Assembly: GCF_035084215.1 (NCBI RefSeq)
Contig: NC_090370.1
Coordinates: 25,730,001 to 25,794,000, forward strand
Direction: 5' to 3'
Source of the DNA: Heptranchias perlo
Lineage: Eukaryota
DNA: 64,000 nucleotides
The position numbers were made by a program, and so were the translations under genes. Below, piece after piece: positions 1 through 11,814 of this stretch (position 1 is its first letter; each line of letters begins with the position of its first letter). The notes beneath the pieces were generated by a model. That model made no database searches and was not told where the DNA came from. It saw only the letters and a list, made by a program, of their open reading frames with translations.

Positions 1-31
1 GGTTGTTTGATGAGAAGCAAGTAACCATCCA

Positions 32-126
32 GCTCCAGTGGCGCAATCGGTTAGCGCGCGTTACTTATATAACAGTATCAAGCTCGAGCAATGCCGAGGT
101 TGTGAGTTCGAGCCTCACCTGGAGCA
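32..126 (+). tRNA. tRNA-Ile(TAT), intron-containing (intron 70-90)
   Basis: Matches vertebrate Ile-TAT: GCTCCAGTGGCGCAATCGGTTAGCGCGCG..CTTATA-[21 nt]-ATGCCGAGGTTGTGAGTTCGAGCCTCACCTGGAGCA. T4 terminator at 135-138. One anticodon-stem mismatch (CGTTA instead of CGGTA). Confidence 0.9.
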
Positions 127-409
127 GGTGAACCTTTTGCATCTGAATATTTCCACCGGAGTTCAAGGTCCAGCTGGTCTGTTCCAAAAAAACTACTTCT
201 TCGTGTTCTCATGTGGGCACTTTGGTTCCTCTGGTCGGCCGTATTGCAATAGCAGGTGTGAGTTCAGTTGTTAACAGGCGGGAGAAGGAGCGATTGGCGA
301 CAGCATGAAATGGCAAAGGAGGCGCCACGAGATCTGAAAATCTAAAAAACCGAACACACAATTCTTCTTTTCGTGAAACAGGCATTCTTCTGTTTGAAGT
401 GCCGTGTGG

Positions 410-525
410 GAATATGGGGATCGGGCGGGAAAATAGAGTCGAGGTCGAAGATCAGCCATGAATGGCGAAACAGGCTCGAGGGGCCGTCAGGCCAACTCCG
501 GCTCCTATTTATTATGTTCTTATGT
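410..525 (+). mobile_element. CR1 LINE 3' UTR/tail fragment
   Basis: GATCAGCCATGA..AATGGCG..CAGGCTCGAGGGGCCG...CTCCTATTT tail shared with other CR1 copies in the window. Mirrored at ~16580-16702. Confidence 0.7.
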
Positions 526-1382
526 AACAGCTGACACGCTCCTGGTTGCTTGGCTGTTTGTTTTGCAATATCCCTCCCCGCCTATCCGCTTAATCCAGTT
601 TGTTGCTCCCACTTTCAAATTCAACTTGTTTCGCTTCCTGATCATGTGATAAAAATAGTGGAGTGCAGAAGGTTCATAACCCGCAGGAAGATCAACGGTG
701 GAAGGAATGAAAGCAGCGATTTTGCTTCGACAACAATGACGAAACACTCACTTTTCCTTCATTTTTCTCTCAGAGTAAACTTTGGGGAAAGTGAAGCGAA
801 CTTGAGTGACTGTAAAATCACCAGGGGTTCTTGCTGCACAAGATGAAATTGGCGACATCGGCATCTGAGAGGCTGCAATCGTGAACATTGTTCCCGAGTT
901 TCGGTAAGAGGCGGCACGGATTGATTTGTAGCGCTGAATGTCTCTGCATTCTACCGCCCAAGTAGATGATGCTGGAAGTGTCTGCAAGGAGTGGGTGGGG
1001 GTTAAAAAGTATCTAATTTACTCGAGCAAAGAAATCAGATCAGCCCAACTAAACTCCGTGTTAACCATCCAATTAACAAGCTACAGATAAATGCACCAAT
1101 CCAAATATTTCCAGGTAACGATGGAAGAGACTCACTTTGAAGCAGTTTAAACACTAAGCAATCTCTGTGCAAACAAGGGACGGGTGGTGTGAACGGGCAA
1201 TCAGTGGTCTTTCGAAATGATCATCGACAGTCCGAATATTTCTGGGAAAAATGGTGATCAGAGAAGAACAAAGTCCTTTTCTGAGAATGCTCACCAAAAG
1301 TCAACATATTGACACACATCGTCTCTCCCGCAGTTGTTCCTCCGCTGGAGGAGAAGAACTTGGCAGCTGTTTTATATTTAAC

Positions 1383-1465
1383 AGCCTGAAACAAGGATTA
1401 TGAACTCTGGACCCTCAGATCACGACTTTGCTTATCTGATGCTTTACGGACTGAGCTATCCATGT
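1383..1465 (-). pseudogene. tRNA-Lys(TTT)-derived pseudogene with expanded anticodon loop
   Basis: Minus strand reads GGATAGCTCAGTCCGTAAAGCATCAGA..TCTGAGGGTCCAGAGTTCA, matching the Lys-TTT body. The anticodon loop is replaced by 15 nt. Confidence 0.7.
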
Positions 1466-2132
1466 GCACGGTTTTGTAACACTCCATCATAAAGATTCAT
1501 GGTAGGTCTCTAAATTATCGCTTGTGGGCGTCGAACTCGAGTGAGGGTCCGTTTGACAAAATTCTCAGCAATGTCTTGAGGAGAATCCTTGTTTGTGTTG
1601 AACCTGATGTTAGAAACATGGAGAGGAAACTCGTGAGTTTACAACTCTTCCTGTTTGTGCCAAATGTCTTGTCATTCGTTTGCACCAATTAAAAAAAACA
1701 CTTTACCCAGTTGCTCAAAATCTAAACTTGTGCCACACGGGAGCTGGAAAATGTCTCTTGACCTGTCAGCGGATCAACAACTGAAAACGGAATAATTCCA
1801 CCCGTTACTCAGTGACACCGGGCAACACATTAACCTTCCGAATTTTCCTACACGGCACTTCAAACAGGAGAATGTCTGTTTCACGAAAAGAAGAATTGTG
1901 TGTTCGGTTCATTAAATTTAAAGATCTCGAGCCGCCTCATTTGAAAATTCATGCTGTCGCCAATCGCCCCCTCTCCCGCCGATGAACAAATAAACTCACA
2001 CCTGCAATTGCAATACGGCCGGCCAGAGGAACATAAGTGCCCACTTGAGATCACGAAGAAGGAGATGCTTAATGGAACAGACCAGCCGTGTCTTGAACTC
2101 GGGTGTAAGTGTTCAGAAGCAAAAGGTAAAAC

Positions 2133-2229
2133 TGCTCTCCGTGAGGCTCGAACTCACAACCTCGGCGTTTAACTCAAGCATGATACTGTTAAATAAGTAC
2201 CGCGCGTTAACCGATTGCGCGACTTGAGC
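2133..2229 (-). pseudogene. tRNA-Ile(TAT) pseudogene, intron-containing
   Basis: Degenerate copy of 32-126 with a disrupted acceptor stem and homologous flanks. Confidence 0.8.
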
Positions 2230-2648
2230 TGCGCATGATTTGTTTTCCATCAAACACCCTCATTTTCGGCCTGTGAGATTGTCTATTCTTTCTGACAGGT
2301 TTCCAAGTGGAAACATGCAGCCAACTGCCGTTCGGCCATTGGTGTTTTCGTGGTCAAATTCTTGCCTGTCACACAGGAAGCAGAGGTTTGATGACCGCCC
2401 AATGCAGGAGCATTTTCATTCTGCATTCATGACATCGCGTGAATTGGGATAAATTCACAATCAGCTTCAATCTGCACACCATCTTGGGACATTTTCTTTT
2501 CTCCACGTGTGTTGCGTTGACGAAACCTTGGTATTTTATCCTCTGGAGCTGAAACTTGCTTTGGAATTCAGTTAATTCTGCCTTCTGTATCGCTGAAAAA
2601 ATGTGAGAAATAAATGAGTGAATTTTCACCGTAAGTTGCGACACAGCC

Positions 2649-2739
2649 GTGCTGGATTGGGATTTGAACCCGGGATTTGTAGCACAAACAATTAGGGAAA
2701 TCTCCGTAAGCGATAATTACACCCCAAGACCAAAGAAAC
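2649..2739 (-). pseudogene. tRNA-Pro pseudogene with 19-nt insertion at 37/38
   Basis: Minus strand TTGGTCTTGGGGTGTAATTATCGCTTACGG-[19 nt]-TGCTAC..CCCGGGTTCAAATCCC resembles tRNA-Pro. Confidence 0.65.
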
Positions 2740-3614
2740 GCCACGAACAAAGCCATGCAGCAAGTGTACAATTCGCAGCCACCCACAGCCGACCAGCCAG
2801 CCTTTCAGATCCCTTCTGTTCATTCAATCTCGTTTTCTATTCCGATGTTCAGCAATGTCAAGTTGAGCACGAACTATTTCAAGTCACCAATATTAGGCTC
2901 TCTTCACCACATTCGTTTTGAATGAACGACTTATATTATCAAGTAAAACGTTGCAGAATTTTCTGCTCGAAAGCGACATTGTCAACTGTCTCGGCATCCG
3001 CAGGTTACACACTGAACCATAAGTATAATAAAATTGCTACTTTTTCACTGTGAGGGGGAAGAGAGATAAATGTTGAGACATTAGCTCCGAATTCATCTGG
3101 GTTGCACTTTTGCTTTTCCTACCGTCTCAGTATTTCTTTCTTTACCCTTCCCTGTTGGTTTTGCAGGTTCGAGCAGCATTGTCCGTTCAAGGAAGCCTGA
3201 GAAGTCCACCAGAGGAAAATACAAAGAGTCAAGAGACTGAGACAGGGAGATTAAAGTATAGGAAAAAAGAGTGCAATTGTCAACTTTTGCGAATTAGCAG
3301 AATTTAAGATGGAGCTGGGAACAATTCCTTCATGTATTTTGAAATCTTGCAAGAGATCATTCGATTCCCAACTGAAAGTTCCCGCATTGCGGAGAATCTT
3401 TCCGAGAGTTGGAAAGACGATTATTTCGCTTGAACCCAAACACTGAACATGCCTTGGAAAAGTCGATTAAATTATAAGTCTAAAGCCTTAACCATTCAGA
3501 CATTTCTACACGGTTGTGCATCAGAATGCATACGGTTATCACAGGCGATCTGGCAGACTGCAAATTCTTTCAGACAGGTTTCCAAAGCGATATATGTAAC
3601 CTGCTGCCGTTTAA

Positions 3615-3685
3615 ACATTGAGGGTGAAGTGGGAGAAATCTCGCTTTCTTTGCAATTCAGTAGGTTTCGTTTCCCAGCCATTGCG
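3615..3685 (+). pseudogene. tRNA-Gly-like pseudogene (very degenerate)
   Basis: CATTG..GAAATCTCGC..TTCGTTTCCCAGCCATTGC. Mirror of 9502-9572. Confidence 0.5.
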
Positions 3686-3925
3686 GAAACTTTTTGCATT
3701 AAGCACCCATCAGATGGCCTGAATTGGGATCAATTCAAACTCAGATTCAATCCACACACCATTTTGAGACGTTGTCTGTGCTGCCCGGATGTTGCGTCGA
3801 TGAACACTTTGCATTCTGTCCTTTGGTTCTCAAACATGCTCTGAATATAATTCAATTCTGCCATCGGGAACGCTGAAACGATGTGAGAAACCAATTGGTG
3901 ATTTTTGACTGAAATTGTGACACAG

Positions 3926-3950
3926 AGGGGGCTCGTCTGGCATTTGAACC
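3926..3950 (-). pseudogene. tRNA-Pro 3' fragment (T-arm/acceptor)
   Basis: GGTTCAAATGCCAGACGAGCCC, followed by the same downstream flank as the other Pro relics. Mirror at ~9237-9262. Confidence 0.5.
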
Positions 3951-5364
3951 AAATGCTCGTCTCTTCATTTGAGACTCTCCCATTTCAATCTCCATTCACG
4001 GGCTGAGTCTGAATAAATCCGTCAGCTTGTGATTCTTTGCGAGAGAGCGGGAGATGTTGAGAAATGAGCTGAAGATTTCCGTGGATTCATTAATAGTGCA
4101 CATTCTCACATATATTAGAAAATGGACTTTCACACAAACTTTCAACAATTTTTCTTTGTTGATCACAGCCTGCTGGAGGGAGGAGCGCATTGGTACATCC
4201 GGGTTTGTTGGAAAGACTGTGCTGGTGCGGGGAGCAAAGGGCCAAATGGCGGAGCGGACCTGTTTGTTCCCCGAGTCCATCACAGCCTCAGACTGACGAA
4301 AGGAAGGGGAGGTTCGTGAAAAAATGGGCGAAGAGTAGTTATTGAGTAGATTTTGTTGGGAGGAGGGTCAGTTCCCAAGCTCACTTTTCAAAGTTCTGTC
4401 ACTTCCTTTGCTGTTTACAAACCGTTTGTTTATTTAATGTTTAAATCAGCAGGGCCGAAAATAAAATTGCCTCTTCTCTCCGCTTATATTGAATGACCCG
4501 CCGTGTGTTTTTGTATTGTATGTTTTAGTTTAAAGCTCGGGTTTACCATAAACCGATGGACGTCAAAACCTGCCGTGGATGGAGGGCGGGTTGATTTTCT
4601 TGAAGGGGCAAATCTCACTGGGCAGGTAAAAGGACCTCCAGCCGAATGCACAGAAATAACTCCGAACAAAAATGACAATGTTCTAAGTGCAATTTAAACC
4701 CCCATCGACAGAAGAAACCGTGAAATAAACACTGCGTTTTAGATCGCTCGACCACCTGAGCCAATACTGGAGACAGCCTTCCTGACTGAAACCTGTGTGT
4801 GGGAGTTAGTCCTGTATCGATCCCCTTCCGTGCGACGAGGCCCGGCAGGCGGCTGCCAGAAACGGCTCGGAATGGGACTCGCTTCACTCCGGCATCAGCG
4901 GCTGGTTTAGAAACGTTCTGGCTGCTGCTGTTACTCGGCCTCCCAAACTCTGGGTGCTCCGCAGAGGTCGGTCCTGATTTCTCTCTTCTGGATCCGGCTC
5001 CAACTCTTTACTGTTGACGGGAGCGCGTCTGGTACCAAGTGAGACAGAACCGTGTGCAAATCACGACCCGAGTACATCGACTCGGGGACTGGCGAATGGT
5101 TTTATATTGGGTTATTGTTTAAGGTATGGGCTGTTCAAAGTTTGTGTCATAGTAATTATCATAATTATTTCCAGCTCCTCCTGCTCACTGGTGCTCGGTG
5201 CTTCACCCTGTGATTTACCCTCAGTCTCACTGTACACATCCTCTCGAGAGTGTGCATCTGGGCTGCTGATGGAAACGGTGAATCGGGTGCAGCAATAGAC
5301 GCTTCGGAGTTACCAAGCTTACTGTCATATCCTTACTTCTTTAAATGGTGGGAGACCTCACAAT

Positions 5365-5820
5365 TAACAACAGCTTACATTGATATAGCGCCTTTAACAT
5401 AATAAAATGTCCCAAGGCGCTTCACATGAGCGTAATCAGATAACATTTGACAGAGATCCACAAAAGGAGATATTCGGACAGGTGAACTAAAACTTATTGA
5501 AAAAAGGTCGGTTGTGATGAGCGTCATAAAGGAGGAGAGAGAGGCGGAGGGGTTTAAGTCGGGTATTCCGGAGTTTGGGCCCAGGCAGCTGAAGGCAAGA
5601 CCGCCAATGTCGGAGCGATTAAAATCAGGGGTTCACAGGAGGCCATAATTTGAGGAACGCAGTGATCTCGGAGGTTTGTGGGACTGTGAGTGGTTTCATC
5701 AATAGGGAGAGGCGAGGCCACGGAAGGGTCTGAACGCAAGAATGAGGATTTTAACATCGAGGCATTGGCGAACTGGGAACCAATGTCGGTGAGCGAGCAC
5801 GGGGGTGATGGACAGTTTCA
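5365..5820 (-). mobile_element. L2-type LINE 3' end
   Basis: Reverse complement of 7365-7815. Confidence 0.7.
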
Positions 5821-7364
5821 AAGCGAAGCAACGTGTGCAGGATTGGAGGGACAGTGTGACTCGGGATAATTGGCCTGGGGCAGTGAGAACATCTCTTGAG
5901 CATTAAGATATTCAGCAGCAAAAGAGGCAGGGAGATGAGATCTGTGTGTCTATTTATTCTGGCATCTGCAAAATCCATCGTTTCTCAATGACCAACATCT
6001 TTCTCCCCCCTGTCCCTGCTTTCCAGTTAACCGTTTTATTTTCAGTCGCTGTATTTGCTTCGAACATCTAATTCCCCGGCATCTGGAGAAGCAGAGGAAG
6101 CTGGAGGAAAATAACAGACAGAAGCAGAAGGAGGTGGCAGGTGAAACTGGCAGAAGATGTGAGTGTCACTTGCTTCAAATGAGGCATGAGAGGCCGGCGT
6201 TACCTTGCACCTTTCAGAGGAGATGCGTTGATCAGGGAGGTGTATTTTGGAAATGGAAACAGTTACACCAGCAGGTTGTGATAGTATTTCCCCTCACTGT
6301 CCATTTCATGTTCATACCTACCCGCACTTTGTGATTTCATTCTCTGTACAAGTCTTTCGTGTTCTTACAATAAATGTCATTTTGTCCGAGCAGCTTGTCT
6401 GGGGCGAAAGTGACGTCAATTTCAAAGGGACAAGTCGGTAAAGCAGCGTTGGTCGGCTTGCTTGAAGGAAAATTGCATAAGTTCCCTGGTGGTCTGATTG
6501 TTAGGATTCGGATACAGGTCGGGTTGGTTTTCTGGAAGGAGCAAATCGACTCCCGACTCCTGGGTGCAGGGGACACATTCTCTCATTTCCAGATTAAAAC
6601 CCAAAGAAATTTTCACTCATTCTGGACTTCGTTAAATGCTTCTGGAGGGCTGAGCGACTGGGATACAATCTTCCAGGTATTTCCTGCCCATGTGCTCGGT
6701 GTATGTGGAGCTTTGAACGGGCCGCGGTTGCATGTTTCCCAGGGAAGGGCAGTAATGCAATGTCTGAGGCTGCATTCACTGCTTTCCGCCGGCAGCGGGT
6801 GATTGGAGAGAGCGGGACCGGACAGACGGCCTCAATGTTACTGCTTGTCGAGGCCTCACTTACTCCGGGAGCTGAGGAACAGAGTAAAACTGATGTCTTT
6901 GTTGCCGCGGCTGTAACTGATCCCATTTTCAAAATGCACCTCCCTGATCAACGCATCTCCTTGGAAAGGTGCAAGGTAACGCCGGCCTCTCATGCCTCAT
7001 TTGAAGCAAGTGACACTCACATTTTCTGCCGGTTTCACCTGCCACCTCCTTCCGCTTCTGTCTGTTATTTTCCTCCAGCTTCCTCTGCTCCTCCAGATGC
7101 CGGGGAATTCGATGTTCGAAGCAAATACAGCGACTGAAAATAAAACCTTACCAGGAAAGCAGGGAGAGGGGAAGAAAGATATTGGTCATTGTGAATCGAT
7201 GGATTTTGCAGATGCCAGAATAATTAGACACACAGATCTCATCTCCCTGCCTCTTTCAGCTGCTGAATATCTCAATGCTCAAGAGATGTTCTCACTGCCC
7301 CAGGCCAATTTTCCCGAGTCGCACTGTCCCTCTAATACTGCAAACGTTGCTTCGCTTTGAAACT

Positions 7365-7815
7365 GTCCATCACCCCCGTGCTCGCTCACCGACATTGATT
7401 CCCGGTCCGCCAATGCTCGATTTTAAAATTCTCATCCTTGTGTTCAGGTCCCTCCCAGGCCTCGCCTCTCCCTATCGCTGTCAACTCCCACAGTCCTACA
7501 ACCCTCCGAGATCACTGCGCTCCTCAAATTATGGCCTCCTGTGAACCCCTGATATTAATCGCTCCACAATTGGCGGTCTTGCCTTCAGCTGCCTGGGCTC
7601 AAACTCTGGAATAGGCGAATTAAACCCCTCCGCCTCTCTCTCCTCCTTCATGACACTCCTTGCAACCGACCTTTTTTCAATAAATTTTAGTTCACCTGTC
7701 CAAATATCTCCTTTTGTGGATCTGTGTCAAATTTTATCTGGTTCCGCACCTGTGAAGCGCCTTGGGACATAATTTTATTATGTTAAAGGCGCTATATAAT
7801 TGTTGGTTGTTGTTA
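7365..7815 (+). mobile_element. L2-type LINE 3' end
   Basis: Translates to FKILILVFRSLPGLASPY..YNPPRSLRSS (L2 ORF2 C-terminus), followed by the tail TGTGAAGCGCCTTGGGAC..AAAGGCGCTATATAA. Confidence 0.75.
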
Positions 7816-9501
7816 ATTGTAAAGTCTCCCACCACTTAAAGAATTCATGATACGTCAGTAAGCTTGGTAACTCCGAACTGTCTGTTGCTGCACCCGATTC
7901 ACCGTTTCCATCAGCAGCCCAGATGCACCCTCTCGAGAGGATGTTTATGGTGAGACTGAGGGTATATCACAGGGTGAAGCACCGAGCACCAGTGAGCAGG
8001 AGGAGCTGGAAATAATTATGATAATTACTGTGACACAAACTTTGAACAGCCCATACCTTAAACAATAACCCAATATAAAACCAATCCCCAGTTCCAGAGT
8101 CGATGTACTCGGGTCGTGATTTGCACACGGTTCTGTCTCACTTGGTACCAGACGCGCTTCCGTCAACAGTAAAGAGTTGGAGCCGGATCCAGAAGAGAGA
8201 AATCAGGACTGACCTCCACGGAGCACCCAGAGTATGTAAGGACGAGTAGCTACAGCAGCCAGAGCGGTTTCGAAACCAGCCGCTGATGCCGGAGTGAAGC
8301 GAGTCCCATTCGGAGCCGTGTCTGCCAGCCGCCTGCCGGGTCTCTTCACACTGAAGGGGTCCGATTCAGGACTCACTCCCACACACAGACTTCAGTCAGG
8401 AAGGCTGTCTCCAGTATTGGTTCTGGAGGTCGATCGATCGAAAGCGCAATGTTCAATTCACGATTTCTTCTGTAGATGGGGGTTTAAATTGCACTTAGAA
8501 CATTGTCATTTTTATTCACTCACGGAGTTATTTCTGTGCATTCGGCTGGAGGTCGCTTTTTCCTTCCCAGTGAGATTTGCCCCTTCCCGAAAGTCAACCC
8601 GTCCTCCACCCACGGCAGGTTTTGACGTCCATCGGTTTATCGTAAAACTGAGCTGTAAACAAAAATATAAAATACAAAAACACACGGCGGGACATTCAAT
8701 ATAAGCGGAGAGAAGAGATATGTTTACTTTCGGCTCTACTGATTTAAACATTAAATAAACAAACCGTTCGTAAATCGCCAAGGAAGTGGCAGAACTGGGA
8801 AAAGTAACCTTGCTCACTGAACCTCCTACCTTCAAAATCTGCTCAGTAAATGCTTCTTCGCCCATTTTTTTACTAACCTCCCCTTCCCTTCGTCAGTCTG
8901 AGGCTGTGATGGACTCGGGACCGAACAGGCCCCCTCGGCAATTGGGCCCTTTGCTCCCCGCACAAGCACAGTCTTTCCAACAAACCCGGATGTACCAATG
9001 CGCTCCTCCCTCAAGCAGCGTGTGATCAACAAATAAAAAGGGTTGAAAGTCTATGTGAAAGTCCATTATCTAATGTATGTGAGAATGTGCACTATTAATA
9101 AATCGAGGGAAATCTTCAGCTCATTTCTCAACATCTCCCGCTCTCTCGCAAAGAATCACAAGCTGACGGATTTATTCAGACTCAGCCCGGAGATGGAGAT
9201 TGAAATGGGAGAGTCTCCAATGACAGACGAGCATCAGGTTCAAATGCCAGGCGATCTCCCTCTGTGTCACTATTTTAGTCAAAAATCACCAATTGGTTTC
9301 TCACATCGTTTCAGCGTTGACGATGGCAGAATTGATTCATAGTCAGAGCATGTTTGAGAACCAAAGGACAGAATGTAAAGGATTTGTCGACACAACACAC
9401 GGGCAGAACAGAAAATGTCTCAGGATGGTGTGTGGACTGAATCTGAATATTAATTGATCCCAATTCAGGCAATCTCATGGGTGCACAATGCAAAAAGTTT
9501 C

Positions 9502-9572
9502 TGTAATGGCCGGGAATCGAATCCAACTGACTTGCAAAAGAAGCGAGATTTCTCCTGCTTAAACACCAATGC
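9502..9572 (-). pseudogene. tRNA-Gly(GCC/CCC-type) pseudogene
   Basis: Minus strand GCATTGGTG..GAAATCTCGC..TTCGATTCCCGGCCATTACA. Anticodon arm degraded. Confidence 0.6.
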
Positions 9573-10478
9573 CTGAACGGCAACACGTTACATTTGTCGC
9601 TTTGGAAACCTGTCTGAAAGAATTTAAAGTCTGCCAGATCGCCTGTGATAACCGTACGCATTCTTATGTACACTCGTGCAGCAATGGTTGAATGGTTAAG
9701 CCGTCGGACTTGTAATCTAATGGGGTTTTCCTCGGGATTTTCGCATTCTCCTTGCATCGCAGCTGTTTGAGTTGAAACGAAATGATCAGTTTTCCAACTC
9801 AAGGAGAGATACTCCGCAACATGGACACTTTGAATTGAAAGCCCGATGGTCTCTTGTAAGATTTCAAAATACATGAAGGAATTGTTCCCAGCTCCATCTT
9901 AAATTCTGCTGATTCGCAAAAGTTGACATTTACACTCTTTTTTCCTGTCTGTAATCTCTCTATCTCTCCCTGTGTCAGTCTCTTGAATTCTTTGTATTTT
10001 CCCCTGATGGACTTTTCAGGCTTGCTTGAACGGCCAAGGCTGATCGAATCTGCAAAACCAACAGGGAAGGGTAAAGAAAGAAAGACTGAGACGGTAGGAA
10101 AAGCAAAAGTGCATCCCAGATGATGAATTCGAAGCTAATGTCTCCACATTTATCTCTCTTCTCCCTCACAGTGAAAAATTAGCAATTTTATTATACTTAT
10201 GGTTCAGTGTATAACCTGCTGATGCCGAGACAGAGGACAATGTCGCTTTAGAGCAGTAAATTCTGCAAAGTTTTACTTGATAATACAAGTCGTTCATTCG
10301 AAACGAATGTGGTAAAGAGAGCCTAATATTGGTGACTTGAAATAGTTAGTGCTCAACTTGACATTGCTGAACATCGAAATAGAAAACGAGATTGGATGAA
10401 CAGAAGGGATCTGAAAGGCTGGCTGGTCGGCTGTGGTGGTTGCGATTTCTACAGTGGTCGCACGACCCTATTCGTGGC

Positions 10479-10569
10479 GGCTGGGATGTCGTGGGGAAGA
10501 ATCCTCGCTGCGGGCGGTTTTGCTGATCATTTATGCGACAGGTCTCGGGTTCAAATCCCAATCGAGCGG
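10479..10569 (+). pseudogene. tRNA-Pro pseudogene with 19-nt insertion (10515-10533)
   Basis: CTCGCTGCGGG-[cggttttgctgatcattta]-TGCGACAGGTCTCGGGTTCAAATCCC. Mirror of 2649-2739. Confidence 0.65.
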
Positions 10570-10977
10570 TGTTTTGGCGCCACTTTTGTTGAAAATTCAC
10601 TCATTTGCTTCTCACATCGTTTCAGCGATGCAGAAGGCAGGATTGACTGAATTCCAGAACATGGTTCAGCTCTCGAGGACAGAATGACGAGTTTTCGTCA
10701 ACGCAACACACGTGGAGAAAAAAGAAAATGTTCAGATTGAAGCTGAATATGAATTTATCCCAATTCACGCGATGTCATGAATACCGAATGAAAATGTTCC
10801 TGCATTGGGCGGGAATCAAACCCCAGCTTCCTGTGAGGCAGGCGAGAATTCGACCAATAAAACTCCAATGGCCGAATGGCAGTTTGCTGCATGTGTTCAC
10901 TTGGAAACAGACTGGAAGAACAGAGAGTCTCACCCGCCGCAAATGAGGCTGTTTGCTACAAATGTTATCCTTACGCG

Positions 10978-11072
10978 GCTCCAGTAGCGTAATCGGTTCG
11001 CGTGCAGTATTTATGTAACAGTATTAGGCTCGAGCAATGCCGAGGTTGTGAGTTTGAGCCTCACCTGGAGCA
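10978..11072 (+). pseudogene. tRNA-Ile(TAT) pseudogene, intron-containing
   Basis: Acceptor stem intact but several D- and anticodon-arm substitutions and GTTTGA in the B box. TTTT follows. Confidence 0.8.
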
Positions 11073-11814
11073 GTTTTACCTTTTGCTTCTGAACATTTCC
11101 ACCCGAGTTAAAAATGCAGCAGGTGTGTTCCAATAAGCATCTCCTTCTTCGTGTTCTCCTGTGGGCACTGAGGGTTCTCTGGCCGGATTACAATCGCAGG
11201 TGTGAGTTTATTTGTGAATGGGCGATTGGCGTCAGAATGAATGGCAACGGAGGCGGCACGAGATCTTTAAATTTAATGAACCGAACACAATTCTTCTTTT
11301 CGTGAAACAGACATTCTTCTGTTTGAAGTGTCGTTTCGGAAAATTCGGAAGGTTAATGTGTTGCCCGGTGTCACTGAGTAACGGGTGGAATTATTCCGCT
11401 TTCAGTTGTTGATCCTGTGACAGGTCGGGAGACCTTTTCCTGCTCCTGTGTGGGACAAGTTCTGCCTTTCCAGCGGAATAATAACTGTTGGAGAGTCGAT
11501 CCCTGCGATGTTTTGTCAATATGTTGACCTTTGTTGAGCATTCTCAGAAAAGGGCTTTGTTCTTCTCTGATCACGATTTTTACCAGAAACATTTGGAGAG
11601 TGGAATATCAGTTGGAAAGACCACTGATTGATCGTTTACACCACCTGTCCCTTGAATGTACAGAGATTGCTTTGTGTCGAAACTGCTTCAAAGTGAGTCT
11701 CTTCCATCGTTCCCTGGAAATGTTTGGATTGGTGCAGTTATCTGCAGCTTGTCAATTGGATGGTTAACAGTGAGTTTAGTTGGGCTGATCTGATTTCTTT
11801 GCTCGAATAAATTA

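Larger units (their letters stand above)
1..6255. repeat. Left arm of a large inverted duplication (pairs with ~6920-17960)
   Basis: 1021-1090 is the reverse complement of 11745-11810; 4000-5300 of 7870-9190; 5820-6255 of 6920-7365; 75-1000 of 16090-17040. Confidence 0.9.
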
